From Octopus vulgaris (Eukaryota): 64,000 nt of DNA. This document shows positions 39,754 to 52,172 of the stretch, one piece after another. Numbering within the stretch: the first letter of the stretch is position 1; the number at the start of each line of letters is the position of its first letter. The notes under the pieces were generated by a model that searched no databases, had not been told where the DNA came from, and saw only the letters and a list, made by a program, of their open reading frames with translations. The DNA is taken from contig OX597814.1 in the NCBI GenBank assembly GCA_951406725.2, forward strand, positions 86,738,001 through 86,802,000, read 5' to 3'. A program made the translations under genes and the position numbers.

Positions 39754-40891
39754 GGTTGTTGGATATTTTTTTATCGTTTTGTTTGGAGAGAAAGTCAAAC
39801 TTTGGAAACTGCAACCCTCTCTAGAGTGTTGACTGTGGCTAGAAATTACAGTTTTGAATAGTAAGTGAAGTAAAATATCTCACCCAGGTTTTGAACTTGG
39901 CTTACTAAGATCTTACCATTACTTAAGTCTGAATGAAACTCTTGTTTCTGTCATTGCATTCTGTATAACTTTATGTAAATGAACATGAAGAATACCTGTA
40001 CTGACTGACTTCTCTCTTTCTTTTAGTTAATATCATTAAGTAGCTTTAGTTAACCCTATTTACAAAAGTCTATCTCACAGAAGTAACCAAACATACTAAT
40101 GTGGTATTAAGTTTCGGCTTGTTTTAGTTAGTTTTAGTTAAATATATAAATAGCTAAAAGACTAACCACAGATAACACCTACTGTTTTCTATGCTTGTGT
40201 GAATGGCAAAGCTTTTGCAAATTTGAGTTTATGAAAATAGCTTGTTGGTGTAATAGTCTTCACAATTGGATAATTCTAGCTCCTATTTACAGTAGCTTGT
40301 AAAGCAATGTTTGAATTTCTGGTCTGATACTCAACAATCCAACATTGTAGCCTAATAAATTATTGTCCCAGTTTCAGTATAAGTACATAGCTTATTGGTT
40401 TTTAAGGGTTTTGGATAGTTTGAGCTGTAAGCTACTAAATGTTTTGTCAATTTACCTTCAAGCCAACTAGGGAGGCTCTTATGATTGTTGAGCATGCTAG
40501 AAATAAGTTAAATAAGTTAAATCATGTTTAAAATAGACATTCTGGGTAATGTAGTCAGTTAAACTACTTGAAAAAATGTGACAGTCATGGCTGGAATGTC
40601 TTTAGTCATGTGTCTATTCAATCAGGGATGAGCTTTGATTAAGCAACAGCTATTGAGCCATTGTCTCACCTTCAAATTTTTAGTTGGATCTAGCTGAATC
40701 TTGATTAGCTTTCTAATTTTGATTTTATCTTTACTTCCAACCACATTGTGACTAGTGCTAGAAACCCTTTAAACAGATTTGGTTGTTTTATCTGGTTTTA
40801 CTTCACTATTTGAGATATTATATTTTGTATTTTTGGCTTAAAGTGTTGCTGTCTACAGTATTTCACTGTTATGAATATTGTATTTTTTTAG

Positions 40892-40951
40892 CAAGAAGTT
40901 GTTGAGAAAGAATGGATTAAAGAAAAACAAGCTGCTGTGAAGGACTTTGAG
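40892..40951 (+). CDS. SUDS3: SDS3 coding exon 4
   Basis: ttttttag|QEVVEKEWIKEKQAAVKDFE|gtgggt, resembling human EQVERNYIKEKKAAVKEFE. Confidence 0.93.
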
Positions 40952-41819
40952 GTGGGTTTTGTTGACGTTGGTTTTAATTTATTCATTTAAATTTTGACTG
41001 TAGCTGTTAAGATATAGAGTATAACTTTAAAATTCATGTAGAGCTATTGTATGTGTGCATACATGTGTTTGCACCTGTGTGTTATAGTGTAGATTTTGTG
41101 AGTAAATGTGTGAGAGAGAATGTGTGTGTCCATGTATGTGTACAGGGTGTATTCTGTTAAAGATGAGTGATTAAACATTTACTTATTTTCTGGTTAGTCT
41201 CTCTGTGAATGGACTGTGTGTTTATGTAGGTGTGTGTCAGCATGTGAGTGTATATATGAACATTCATGTCCAGTCACTGTATTTTTTTTGGTTGGGGGGA
41301 ATGTGCAAATCATATCGTTTTTGCAACTCTCTTTTATTCTAAGAATTCAAGGGAATAAGGAATTTAATCAACCAATGTAGTATACCTCACATATGCATAT
41401 GCAAAACAAATGGGCATGACCCATAGATTAGCTGTCCCAAATGTGCCATGCCTCTGCTGAGCTGAGGACCATACTGTGCACTTTGACATTTGGTGAGGAA
41501 TCACATTGAGTGCAGAGCAACAGTTTGAGTATGTTACATTCTATCTTCTACCCAGTCTATTTCTGTATGGTTATGGCCAGAGGTTGAGGTGAGCAAGATA
41601 GCAAGATGAACTTGATCTGAGCTTGACACTTGTTCTTCTGCACTTAATTGGACTTTGTGAAATTGAATCCATTTTTGAGAGAAAGACTACTATAATGTAT
41701 CAACTGCCAGACTTTTTCATTTAATTATATTTTTCCATTTGCATTTAGTTATAACTTTCTTTGAGAAGGAAATGTCTTATTTCATATTAGAAAAATATAT
41801 TGTTTAATCTTTTTTTAAG

Positions 41820-41916
41820 GAAAAGAAATTTGGGTTGAAGGAAAATTTAATTGCCGAGTTTGAAGAAAAGAAAAGACATATTGAGAATGAACGTAGCACC
41901 ATGGAATTAACAGGAG
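41820..41916 (+). CDS. SUDS3: SDS3 coding exon 5
   Basis: tttttaag|[32 protein letters not shown]|gtaagt. Confidence 0.95.
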
Positions 41917-42110
41917 GTAAGTTCATGTAATTACTGTTTAGATCCATGTCATTGGATCTTTGACCAAAGACATTCCTATCGTGACCATCCCCTCTTTTTT
42001 CAGATGTGGTGCAATTGGGACTACATTATTGAATATGTCTTTCCTTTTTTGAAAATGATATGGATGGTTAAGAGGCTCTTAATTATTTTCTAAGAAAGTG
42101 TAGCTCTGTA

Positions 42111-42316
42111 CAAGGGGGTACTGAAAGGTTCCTAGCTTTGGGTAAAAGAAAATACAGGACAATCACTTATGATTTTATTCAATATATTCCCTTCTCAGAT
42201 TCACACACTCATTGCAGTGGTCCTTCAGTTTTTCTAAGTCCCGTAAAAGAACTCAGAAAGTTGGGCCACCAATTAGGCCTTTTGCAATACCCAGGAACTT
42301 TTTCAGTAACCCCTCT
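42111..42316. mobile_element. Mariner-type MITE
   Basis: TA-flanked TIRs CAAGGGGGTACTGAAAGGTTCCT...AGGAACTTTTTCAGTAACCCCTCT. Confidence 0.7.
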
Positions 42317-42479
42317 TAAAAAAAATCTATGGTTTAAACCTCTGTAAGTAATCTTTACTATATATTATGGAGATAGATGGATAGGAATACTAAGTTAATT
42401 TTTAGATGGAAATGCATCCTTCTATACAGGTTGTTACAGGTGAGTGAATTTAAAGGTATTTGGAAAGCTATGTTTTTTT

Positions 42480-43300
42480 CTCTTAGCTTTAGTTCTTCCT
42501 CCACTGCTCACCACATTGAGCAGCAAGCTCCCTCCTTTGTGTTTGATTGGCTGCTACTCTTGCACATCCATTCCATGTAATGCTGTCTCAGGCCAACTTT
42601 AAATGTTTTCCACAAACTGATCATTGCACTTTTTCTTTTACACCTGCTAAAAGGTGGTATCCAAGTCATGGTTATTTTTGAGTGCTGTTGATTGGCCAGA
42701 TGAAGAATGTGGTCACTCAGGCTGAATTGCGTTCTACAGTTTTTTTGCAATGGTCATGACCTAGATCTCAGGCTCTTTCCAAAGCACTTCTTATGGAATA
42801 CATTTAGTTTTCTATCTGTCCTTACTCTCCTCTTCTCAGTTTCACTAGCATAGATTGCTGTAGGCAGACAAAATTTCACATTAGTGTTGATGTTTGAGGC
42901 CACCCAGATGAAGTGCATATGTTGGAACACTACTGACACCTTCCCAGTCTTTTAGTCTAGTTCAATTCCACATCATCAGTGCTTGCTTAAAATAGTGCCC
43001 AGATAGGTGATATTTGCTTGCTTCTATCTTGTGCTGGTTGACTTTGATAGTTGCTTCTTGGTCAATGGTATTGTCCACCTTCATCACTTTCATCTTCGTT
43101 GTGCTGATCCTTACCCCAGTCTTCTCTGCATTTTGTTGCAGTGACATTGTCAATGCTTGCAAATTGGCACTGTTTTCTCCTATTAGTGCAATGCCTTCAG
43201 CAAAATTGAGATCTTTCAGCCTTGCCTGCTCTCTTTGTGGGATTCCATGGTTAGGGTTCACCTACTGTCTTTCTTAGGACAAAGTCGGCAACCAGCAGAA
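42480..43300 (-). mobile_element. Decayed RTE-like LINE RT C-terminal fragment, a second family
   Basis: LKDLNFAEGIAL (decayed DLDFADDIAL), GVRISTTKMKVM, PTAIYASET and KLNVFHKKC. Confidence 0.75.
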
Positions 43301-43368
43301 ACAGTTTAATAATACTTTTACTGAAAGATATGAATTTTATAACTGTTCTACTTTTGTGTTTCCTTTAG

Positions 43369-43464
43369 ACTCAATGGAAGTGAAGCCTGTTATGACCCGG
43401 AAGCTACGACGGAGACCTAATGACCCTATGCCTCTTCCAGAGAAAAGGCGGAAACCTTCTCCTG
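43369..43464 (+). CDS. SUDS3: SDS3 coding exon 6
   Basis: cctttag|(D)[31 protein letters not shown]+G|atatcctttt (U12 donor). Confidence 0.95.
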
Positions 43465-43601
43465 ATATCCTTTTACTATTGCTTTTTTGATTCTCTTTTA
43501 GAACTCTTTCTTCCTTATTTCTGCTCATACACATGATGTTACTGTTTGTTTAATGAAAAAAAAAAAAAAAAATTCATTTTGTATTCCTTAATTCTAATCA
43601 C
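43465..43601 (+). other. SUDS3: U12-type (minor spliceosome) AT-AC intron, 137 nt
   Basis: 5' splice site ATATCCTTTT, branch site TTCCTTAAT (43584-43592) and 3' splice site CAC. Splicing restores KPSP-A-QLNYIL. Confidence 0.93.
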
Positions 43602-43776
43602 CTCAACTAAATTACATTCTTGATGAAAGTGAGATTTTGGAAGACCTGAAAGCATTGAATAAATTGTCTGGACGTCCTCTGCAAAAAAAGCCTGTCTCCC
43701 CACCAAACAGTGCAGATAGCAGTCTGCCAATGGAGGCTAAAATTGAAGATGGTCGACTTTACTATGATAAAAGATG
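43602..43776 (+). CDS. SUDS3: SDS3 coding exon 7
   Basis: (A)[21 protein letters not shown]...[14 protein letters not shown](W)|gtatgt. Confidence 0.93.
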
Positions 43777-46477
43777 GTATGTATTGTGTGACTGGAGGAA
43801 ATCGAAATCAGATGTGTGTATAAAACTTACAATACTGTCCAGCCTGTAACTAGCATTTTTGACTTGATCTACTGATCTGATTTTTGTCCTTACCAAGGAG
43901 GTTGCCTTCCTCTAGGTACTCTGTGACTTGCTTTGGGTAAAGGTTAGACTTAGTGGTAGATTAGATCTTTGTGGCTTCCTTCACATGATGTAATATGCTT
44001 CTGATAGGACAGCTCTTTAGCAGACATAACCATGTTATAAAAATGTGTGTGATTCTGTGCCATTTTGTCTGATCTCTGTTACATGCAGCAGTTTTAGCAA
44101 TTCATTAGATAAGATTTCATCTATAGAAAGAGTTCACAAAGTGGAACAAGTTAGTATACCATGAGGAAATGGAGAAGTCTGACATTTGAACATGGCCTGT
44201 TATTGAAGGAGTGAACAGTTACTCCCCGCTATTATACTACATATACAACTGTTATGTGTTGAAAGGGGGAAAGAGAAAGAATCATTTGCTACTACTGTTA
44301 CTGTATGAAGTGTCGTGTAGAAAGAATTAGTTTGGGAGGCCTGTGGTAAAATGGAAATGAGAGGAAGAATTGGGTAGTAAAGTTAGGGATTGATTCAGTG
44401 GTAAAGAATTAGGCAGGGTAGAAGAGGGGGCAAATAGGTGAAAGAAGGACAATGGAGGTTAATGATAAAATGCTGTTGGAAGTGAGGTTAAAGAACGAGG
44501 AAATACAGTCAGTTAGGGTCTAACATTGTTGATACCTATATATGCAATTTTGTACCAAAATTAAAATGTTTGTAGGTGCAGAAAGAACTGTGTTGCAAGG
44601 TGATGCACAAAGCATGCAGTGGTCCAAGGAGATGAAATGTTAAGTTTATGCTGGTATAAAGAGTACTTGGGTATTATTCTGAATATCAAGGTGGTGTTTG
44701 AGGAATTGTCACCTACATGATGATGGCTGGTTTTACCATTGCATGGAGACTTTCAGGTAAATAAGGTTGGTGGTGATGCAGTCAAAGTGACTAGTATCTT
44801 GGAATTTGGTTTGGGGACCATTTGAGGATAGTGTTGGGGATTAAAGGATGAGTATGACATTCGAGTGATGTATTTCAAGGGGAGAGTTTCTGAACAAGAA
44901 GTTGTACAAGTTTTTTTCATCATCATCATTTAATGTCCATGTTCCAAGCTGGCATGAGTTAGACAGTTTGACAAGATTTGATGGGTCTAAAAAGGATTGC
45001 ATCATGCGCCAGCATGGTTTCTATGACTGAGGCTACAAGAGAGGAGGACAGGTTTATGCTAGGAAATGAAGGGTTGAAGTATGAGAGACGGGTCCAGAAC
45101 AGAACAGGCATCTTGTTGTAGAGGAGCTGCATAACTACTTGCATTAGAGAAGAGGAGGTGGGAGTAACCAGGGTGGAACTGGAAAGAGATAAAAACAGTG
45201 GTAGTGAATTGTCAGAGTGGATCGTTAAGGTGACTAGGAGAACAAAGAATGGGGATTAGTAGAGATTGCAAGAGTGTATGGAAGAGTGAGAGATGTTAGA
45301 GATTGAGAATAGGTGACAGGGTGAATATAATAAGGAAGGAAGAGTAGCTGGCAACTGTAGATATTGGGTAGAGTTAAGAGGGTAGATTAGTGAAAGATGG
45401 ATAAGGGGTTGTGGGGTGATCAAAGATACATATGAATTGGGAGGAGGTAATGGAAAGTAGGAGATGACTAATAGTGCAGAAAGGATGAGAGAAATGCAGT
45501 CATTTTAGTATTTTTCTCTAAATGTATGACTGATTGAAGCCTGTCTGATTTTAAGGATATGTCATGGGCAAACTGCAGCCCATGAGACTTTCTGAAAGCA
45601 TGCCTAATGAAACATTACCTTGAATTTTTTTTTAGTAGTGGTAGCCTGCCTGATGCTGAATCATGTCGCTTGGCTCCTTTCTTGAGAAAGGTTGCCCATG
45701 CTTGGTTTTTTAATATGAAAATTTCTTATAGACTGTTTATATTTGTGCTGTAGAATTCATATTGATTAAAAAGTAAGCCTGGTATCATACTGACTGACTG
45801 ACTGTTTCTGATTTTGGAAAACAATGGTGATAGGTTTGTCACTTTTTAAGTATCTTTTCTTACATAGTCTTTTTTGATGATTTGGAATGATGTGGGGGAA
45901 TTTAACTCGTTTTTGAAGTTAATGTTGAATTTGGATTGTTGCAATTCATTTAGAAATCCTGTGACCCTGTCATCTTCTCTAGCTTGGTGAGGTTGGGAAC
46001 ACAGTACTTGAGTAGTGCTGAGTAATCCACTTTAACTATATAGTGATAGTCATCATGCAACAGTTTAGTCTGGGGTGGAAACACATAGCTAGACAATTAA
46101 CAGTAAGTTGTCGTCATTACTATAGCAGCTATGACAATAGTTTGAGTAGTATTACTGGTACTAGTGTGTAAAGATATTGGTAAGATGATATCTAATATCA
46201 TTAATGCTTCTGTGTGGACAGTAGTACACATGCAACTGCTGCCTAGATGGTGGTGAGTTGTTAAAATGGTAAACATAGCTATTGCTACCAAAATAATTGT
46301 ATAGATATTTTTATTATAGTGATACTGTTAGTATGGTAGCTGCTGAAATATAACTTATCTTATATTTGCACACTAATCATAGCTGAGTCAATGGTGTTGT
46401 ATCATTATTGAAGCTATTCTAGACATTCTTCAGCCTGGAAGAGACAGATTCTGTCATATTATCTACTGTATTTTTAG

Positions 46478-46562
46478 GTTCCATAAGGGACAGCCAGTAT
46501 ATATTGAGGCCAAAGATATGGAGAAGATAATGGGAATTATCAGTACCATAGGAACGCAAGAG
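46478..46562 (+). CDS. SUDS3: SDS3 coding exon 8
   Basis: tttttag|(W)FHKGQPVYIEAKDMEKIMGIISTIGTQE|gtaagt. Confidence 0.93.
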
Positions 46563-48504
46563 GTAAGTTCCTCATATCTGATATATTCATAGCCTATATT
46601 ATAATTTATCTCCCACAAATTAACTCGGTTTTTTTTTTACCCATATTAAAGGGTTCTAAATTTCTTATGACCTCTGTTGTATCTTTTGTAGCAAATCAGT
46701 ATTGTTGTAAGTAGTAATGACTTTTGTGTAGACAGTGATATTTTTTGTGAGGGAGGGGTATAATTATATATTACTGGTATTTTACAAATTGTAAGTGATG
46801 CAAGACTGGTTTGCTTGGACTTGGACTATGAACTGCATTCATCATTTGAATATCCACTTTTCCATGCTTACACAGTCTAGATAGAATTTGAGGCAAATTT
46901 TCTATGGTCAGATGCCCTCCCTGTTAGCGACCCTTATCTGTTTCCAAACGAGGTAATATTTCCCCTGGCTAGACATGTTCTTGTAGAACATAGAAAACAA
47001 AAACACCACTTGCATGATGGTGATACTTGTTTATAACTATGACAGGCAATGACAAATGACTGAGACCATTGGCAATATTCTCTGCTTGAGAAGACCCATC
47101 AAGCCAAGTGAAATTGGTGTGGCAGATACTGGTGTCATGCAAAAGCACCCATTATACTCTTGGAGTGGTTGGCATTAGGTAGGGCATCCAGCTAGAGAAA
47201 CCATGCCAAATCAGACTGGAGTCTGGTGCAGCCCCTTGGCTTACCAGCCCTGGTCAAACCGTTTAACCCATACCAGCATGGACAATGAATATAAATGATG
47301 ATGGTGATGGTAGATATCAAAGCAGGGACACAACAACATGCACACACATGGTAGACTTCTTTCAGATTCTTTCTACTAAATCCACTCACAAGGTTTTGGT
47401 CGGTTCAGGGCTCTAGTAGAAGACACTTGCCTACGGTGTCATGCAGTGGGACTGAACCCAGGACTATGTGGTTAGGAAGCAGACTTTGTACCATAACAGA
47501 TTAATATTTCAGGTGAGATGACAAAGGATCGAAATGCCTGGCACCTTGCTATACACACAAAGACTTGTACTCTGCAGCAGAAGTGTTAAGACTGGTCTCT
47601 CTGGTGGTGTAAAGCATTTGTGGCAGTGCCACATAAAAACATTTGTGCGGGGCCATATAAAAGCGCCAATGCAGTGCCATGTAAAAGCACCCACTGCACT
47701 CTGTAAACTGGTTGGCATTAGGAAGGGCATCCAGCTATAGAAACCATGCCAAGTCAGATTGGAATCAGGTGCAGCTTGCCAGCTCTGGTCAAACCATCCA
47801 ACCCATATTAGCATGGACAATGGACATTAAATGATAACTTATTCATTGTAGATAAACATAGACACTGGTTCCATTTCATTGTAAACCAGTATTTCCTGAG
47901 GTGGAGCATGGGTTACTTGAGAATGGTGCATAAATAAAACTTAGAGGAAACTTTTAATTTAAATTTCTTTTGAATATATATCATTATTGTCATTTAATGC
48001 TCATGTTCCAAGCTAGTATGAGTTGGATGGTTTGACAGGATCTGATGTGTCCAAGGATTGCATCATGTTCCAGTGTCTGGTTTGGCATGGTTTCTGTGTC
48101 TGAAATACCTTTCTGACACCAACCACTGTATAATGTGTACTGGGTATTTTTATTTTTTGTGCCACCTATGCAAGTCTACATAATCTGAGGAGGGGAGTGT
48201 GTGTTTATGTTAGATGGGGTTAAGGTATGAGATGAGGTTGGGGTAGAGCATATTCTTCTAGAGGAGCTACTTGGCTACTCACATTTAGGACAGGGTGAAA
48301 ATGAATTGGTGGTATCTCCAAGGAGATAAATAGTGGTAAGGTATCATATCATTATTTAACATCTGTTTTCCATGCTGGTATGGGCTGAATCAGGTTCCAA
48401 TCTGATTTGGTTTGGTTTCTATGGTCAGATGCCCTTCCGAATACCAACCACTTTACAGAGTGTGCTGGGCGCTTCTTACATGCCAGCACATGCTTTTTAT
48501 GGTG

Positions 48505-48845
48505 TGTGGTAAGAAGCTTGCTTCCCAACCATATGGTTCCAGGTTCAGTCCCATTGTGTGGCACCTTGGGCAAGTGTTTTCTTCTATAGCCTCAGGCCGA
48601 CCAAAGTCTTGTGAGTAGATTTGGTAGGTGGAAACTGAAAGAAGCCCGTTGTGTATATATGTTTGTCCCCTCGCCATTGCTTGATAAGTGAGGTTGGTAT
48701 GTTTACATCTCTATAACTTAGTGGCTCAGCAAAGGAAACCAATAGAATAAGTACTAGGCTTACAAAGAATAAGTCCTGGGGTTGATTTCTTTAACTAAAG
48801 GCCATGCTTCAGCATGGCCGCAGTCAAATGACTGAAAGAAAAAAA
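48505..48845 (+). mobile_element. tRNA-derived SINE (OK/OR-like)
   Basis: TGTGGTAAGAAGCTTGCTTCCCAACCATATGGTTCCAGGTTCAGTCCC head and CAGCATGGCCGCAGTCAAATGACTGAAA tail. Confidence 0.75.
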
Positions 48846-49884
48846 ATATATATATGCATATACATACATGCATGCCGTATATTTTGTGTGTGGTGGAGGT
48901 GCATGTTTTTTTGTGGAAATTGAAGTGAAATGTTGAAGCAACATTACTTTACTGTAGATCAGTATAGAGTAGACATTAGCTCCATCTGTTGGATCAGTAC
49001 TATAGACACTGACTTCATCTTTATTGTAGATACATTGTACCTGAATCAAGTTATAGTCAACATAATTAATGCAAGGAATATTAAGATGCTAATCAATAGC
49101 TAAAGCATTAGTTAAGTTTGTGTTAACATAATTAAACCTTTATCATCCACATTATTCTGTCAAATGTAATACTTATTTAGTCACACTGGTTTGAATTAAT
49201 CTTGCATTATCTTGAAGATTTTGGTGATGTGATTGTTAGAATCTTGTAGGGTAGGTGTGTGAGGCCACATCTGGTTGGTTTGAACATAAAACAAAATATT
49301 AGGCACAGATATGCCCAGTTCAAATGCTGAAGGGTTAAGGCTATATCCAGCCGTGTATCAGCAATGACTGAATGGGGAATATTTTCATTTTAAGGTAAAT
49401 AGAGGGGACACAATTCCTGACATATTTTGACCTTATTCTTACCTCATAATCCTTACTGAATGTGTGATGATAGAATCATTGAATAAATGTGCAAGGTTGA
49501 TTGATGTAGAAAAATAGAATAATTCACAGGTGTCATTCAAAGGAAAAGCAATATTTGAGTTAGTGTTTACATATTAACGTGTATTTATCTAGTATTTTTT
49601 TCATCATTACCTGAGCAATTACAGTGAAAGCTGTGTTGCTGATGAAGTTAGAATATGAACAAAACATGTTCAGAGTTGTCTTTCTCTCCCATATTTGCTG
49701 GAATATTGAAAATATTAGTTATTGATTATTGTCTTGTCCTTGTATAATTATTTCTTGTTAGCTTTTTTTTTAACGCTCCTTGTATTGAATATGTAAGCTG
49801 TTGTTTTTCATGGAAATGGTGTGTCAGTTAGTTACCTGAATCATTATGTCAAAATATTTGAATGAAAACAATATTTATTTTCAG

Positions 49885-49980
49885 ATCTTGGTGAAGCGTT
49901 GTGACAACAACAGCAAGCTGCGCATTTATTTGACACAGCTACAGAAAGGCAAATACAGTATGTGTCGTCGTTCTATGTGA
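49885..49980 (+). CDS. SUDS3: SDS3 last coding exon 9
   Basis: ttttcag|ILVKRCDNNSKLRIYLTQLQKGKYSMCRRSM*. The nine exons sum to 936 nt (311 aa plus stop) with consistent phases. Confidence 0.93.
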   Translation: MLVKRCDNNSKLRIYLTQLQKGKYSMCRRSM

Positions 49981-51504
49981 CTAGCAACCGGGGTCAAGAA
50001 ACGGCAAAGAAGAGCAACATGGTCACATTATGAAATAACCTGAAAAAAGTTGCAGACTGTTTTCTGGCCCCACCCTCTTCAGAAGGCTGCTTGATAATTT
50101 TTGATGTCTCTTATAAAGAGGTCTTCAAACCAATATTATCTATTGCAGACCAAATTAAAGTGTAAAGGTGCACTTTGCCTGGATGTTGACCCCGAGTACT
50201 GAAGGCAGTTGTCTTTCATGTCAAAACGTCCTCCACTCAGAGTACAAAGGTTTTTGTAATCACAGACTCAGATGAATTTTCATGTTTTCCTGAATTTCCT
50301 TTTGTCATTCCATAGAAATTTAAATTTCTAATGTTTTAACTGTATATAAACGCAATTCATACACACTTCTTATTGAGTATCTATTTTTCAAATTTGTGTA
50401 TCTGTAGTGTATTGGAAAGGTTTTCCTACACAAAAAAAATTGGATGAGTTCATAGATTTATTTCTATTGTTTTGTGATTAATCTGAAATGATTGGAGATG
50501 TTGGAATGAGAATCCATGTGAATTCTGTGCTAGCACTCATCACCTAAATGTTTTATATATTGCTTGGTGCTATTTCAGCTGTATGCTTTAGTAGCGTTTT
50601 TTTTTAAAATCAGTATTAAATGAATTATATTACATTCTTTGAACATGAATTTATTTATTTATTGTGGCAAGCTATTAGAGCAGACTTACGGCACTGTTTA
50701 AGAGGATTTCATACACTGAGCACTCCAGATAGTGGAACCACAAAATATAAATCCAGCAATGGTTAATAGTATGGGGTGCATTGTTTTGTTATTGGTAACC
50801 CTCTTTACTTTTGAATCTGTTTTGCTTCATATTCTAATATAATTTTACTACAAGAAGGAAAGTATTGCATATTTTCATAACAAATCTGTAATTACTGATT
50901 AGACTATGTTGAATGAAATGCCTGATCACATTCACATGTGCACATTGAAAGCTGATCTTCGCAGTTGATGAAAAGTACATTACCAGTGTTAGAGCAGTAG
51001 GTGTAGACAGCCCACTAGTGTTAATGGTTGAAAAATCTAATTCCTTTTCTCTCAGAATAAGTCCAGTTTTGTGAAGCACATCTAAGCATTTCAACTGATC
51101 TGCAGAGGAGCTGGTGCTTTTTTGACAACTTTGGAAGATGAAAAAAAAAAAAAATGCCAATCGTGATTTAAACTCTAAATCATTTCCAACTTTTGTAGTC
51201 TGTGGAGAGCCAAACTAGTTATCACCACAATGTGAGAAATAGAAACATGGACTGCATATATGGGTTGGTTATGTGCATGAAAATTTAGTTGACCGGCAAC
51301 CAAGCCATTGTTAGAGAAGCTTCTTTTTAACCTTAGACATACTAAAGCATATAGAGTAGATGAATTGTCTTGATGTAGCTGTCATTGTTTGAGCGCAAGC
51401 ATTTAGGTGAAACTCCTCATTTGCAATATGCAGGAAATTAGTTTACTGGTGTAAAAAAAGAATGTCTAACAAGCAATGGTTCCTCTGAAAATCCATCTAA
51501 TGTG

Positions 51505-51510
51505 AATAAA
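51505..51510 (+). promoter_or_regulatory. Candidate SUDS3 polyadenylation signal
   Basis: AATAAA ~1.5 kb after the stop, followed by T-rich sequence. It needs transcript evidence. Confidence 0.35.
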
Positions 51511-51736
51511 TAGCAAGTTTTATATTTTAAACTTAATTTTGAGCAAAACCCAAACGTGGGAGAAACATTCAGCATGGAACAAAGAATTATACTTAGCCAT
51601 TTTTATAGCTAGAGAATATTGTGTGTAAATACAAGAAAATCCTCCTAAAACTTATAAATTTTAATTTGGTATAAGATTACATTTAGGACATTTGCCAAAG
51701 TTAATAAGCCCTATTACTTAGCTATTTTATACATTA

Positions 51737-52172
51737 CTAGCAGTATCGCCCGGCATTTTTTTTTTAAATCGTTGACTCAGTGTCTTCAAGCCATGAAGTC
51801 GTTGTTCTAAAAGAACGCTGGTCTCCTTGACAACGCTTTACGACGTTGATTTCCTTACACTCCCTTCCCCACAGCTTCACGATGGAGGGAAGAAGGGGGA
51901 GAAGCAACACAGGTGCAGCTGTGAGCATGGACGCCAACTCCGCCGCCATCGACACACGAAAAAAATATGCATTAAAATGGAATAAAAAATGTTAAATTAT
52001 TTTAAAAATCGTACTCATCGTAGATGCGCGCTAATAGCCAGACGGGCTCGATATGAATCACGACTATAAGATACCCGAATTTGGTTAAACTGCACCGCAA
52101 AATGTGGGAGTAGTTAGGAATCTAAATCGAAGGGGACAGACACTCACACAACTACAGTTTTTTATATATAGA
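51737..52172 (-). mobile_element. Non-autonomous Helitron
   Basis: Minus strand A|TCTATATATAAAAAACTGTAGTTG...GCCGGGCGATACTGCTAG|T. The 3' terminus is the same as that of 21426-21806. Confidence 0.85.
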
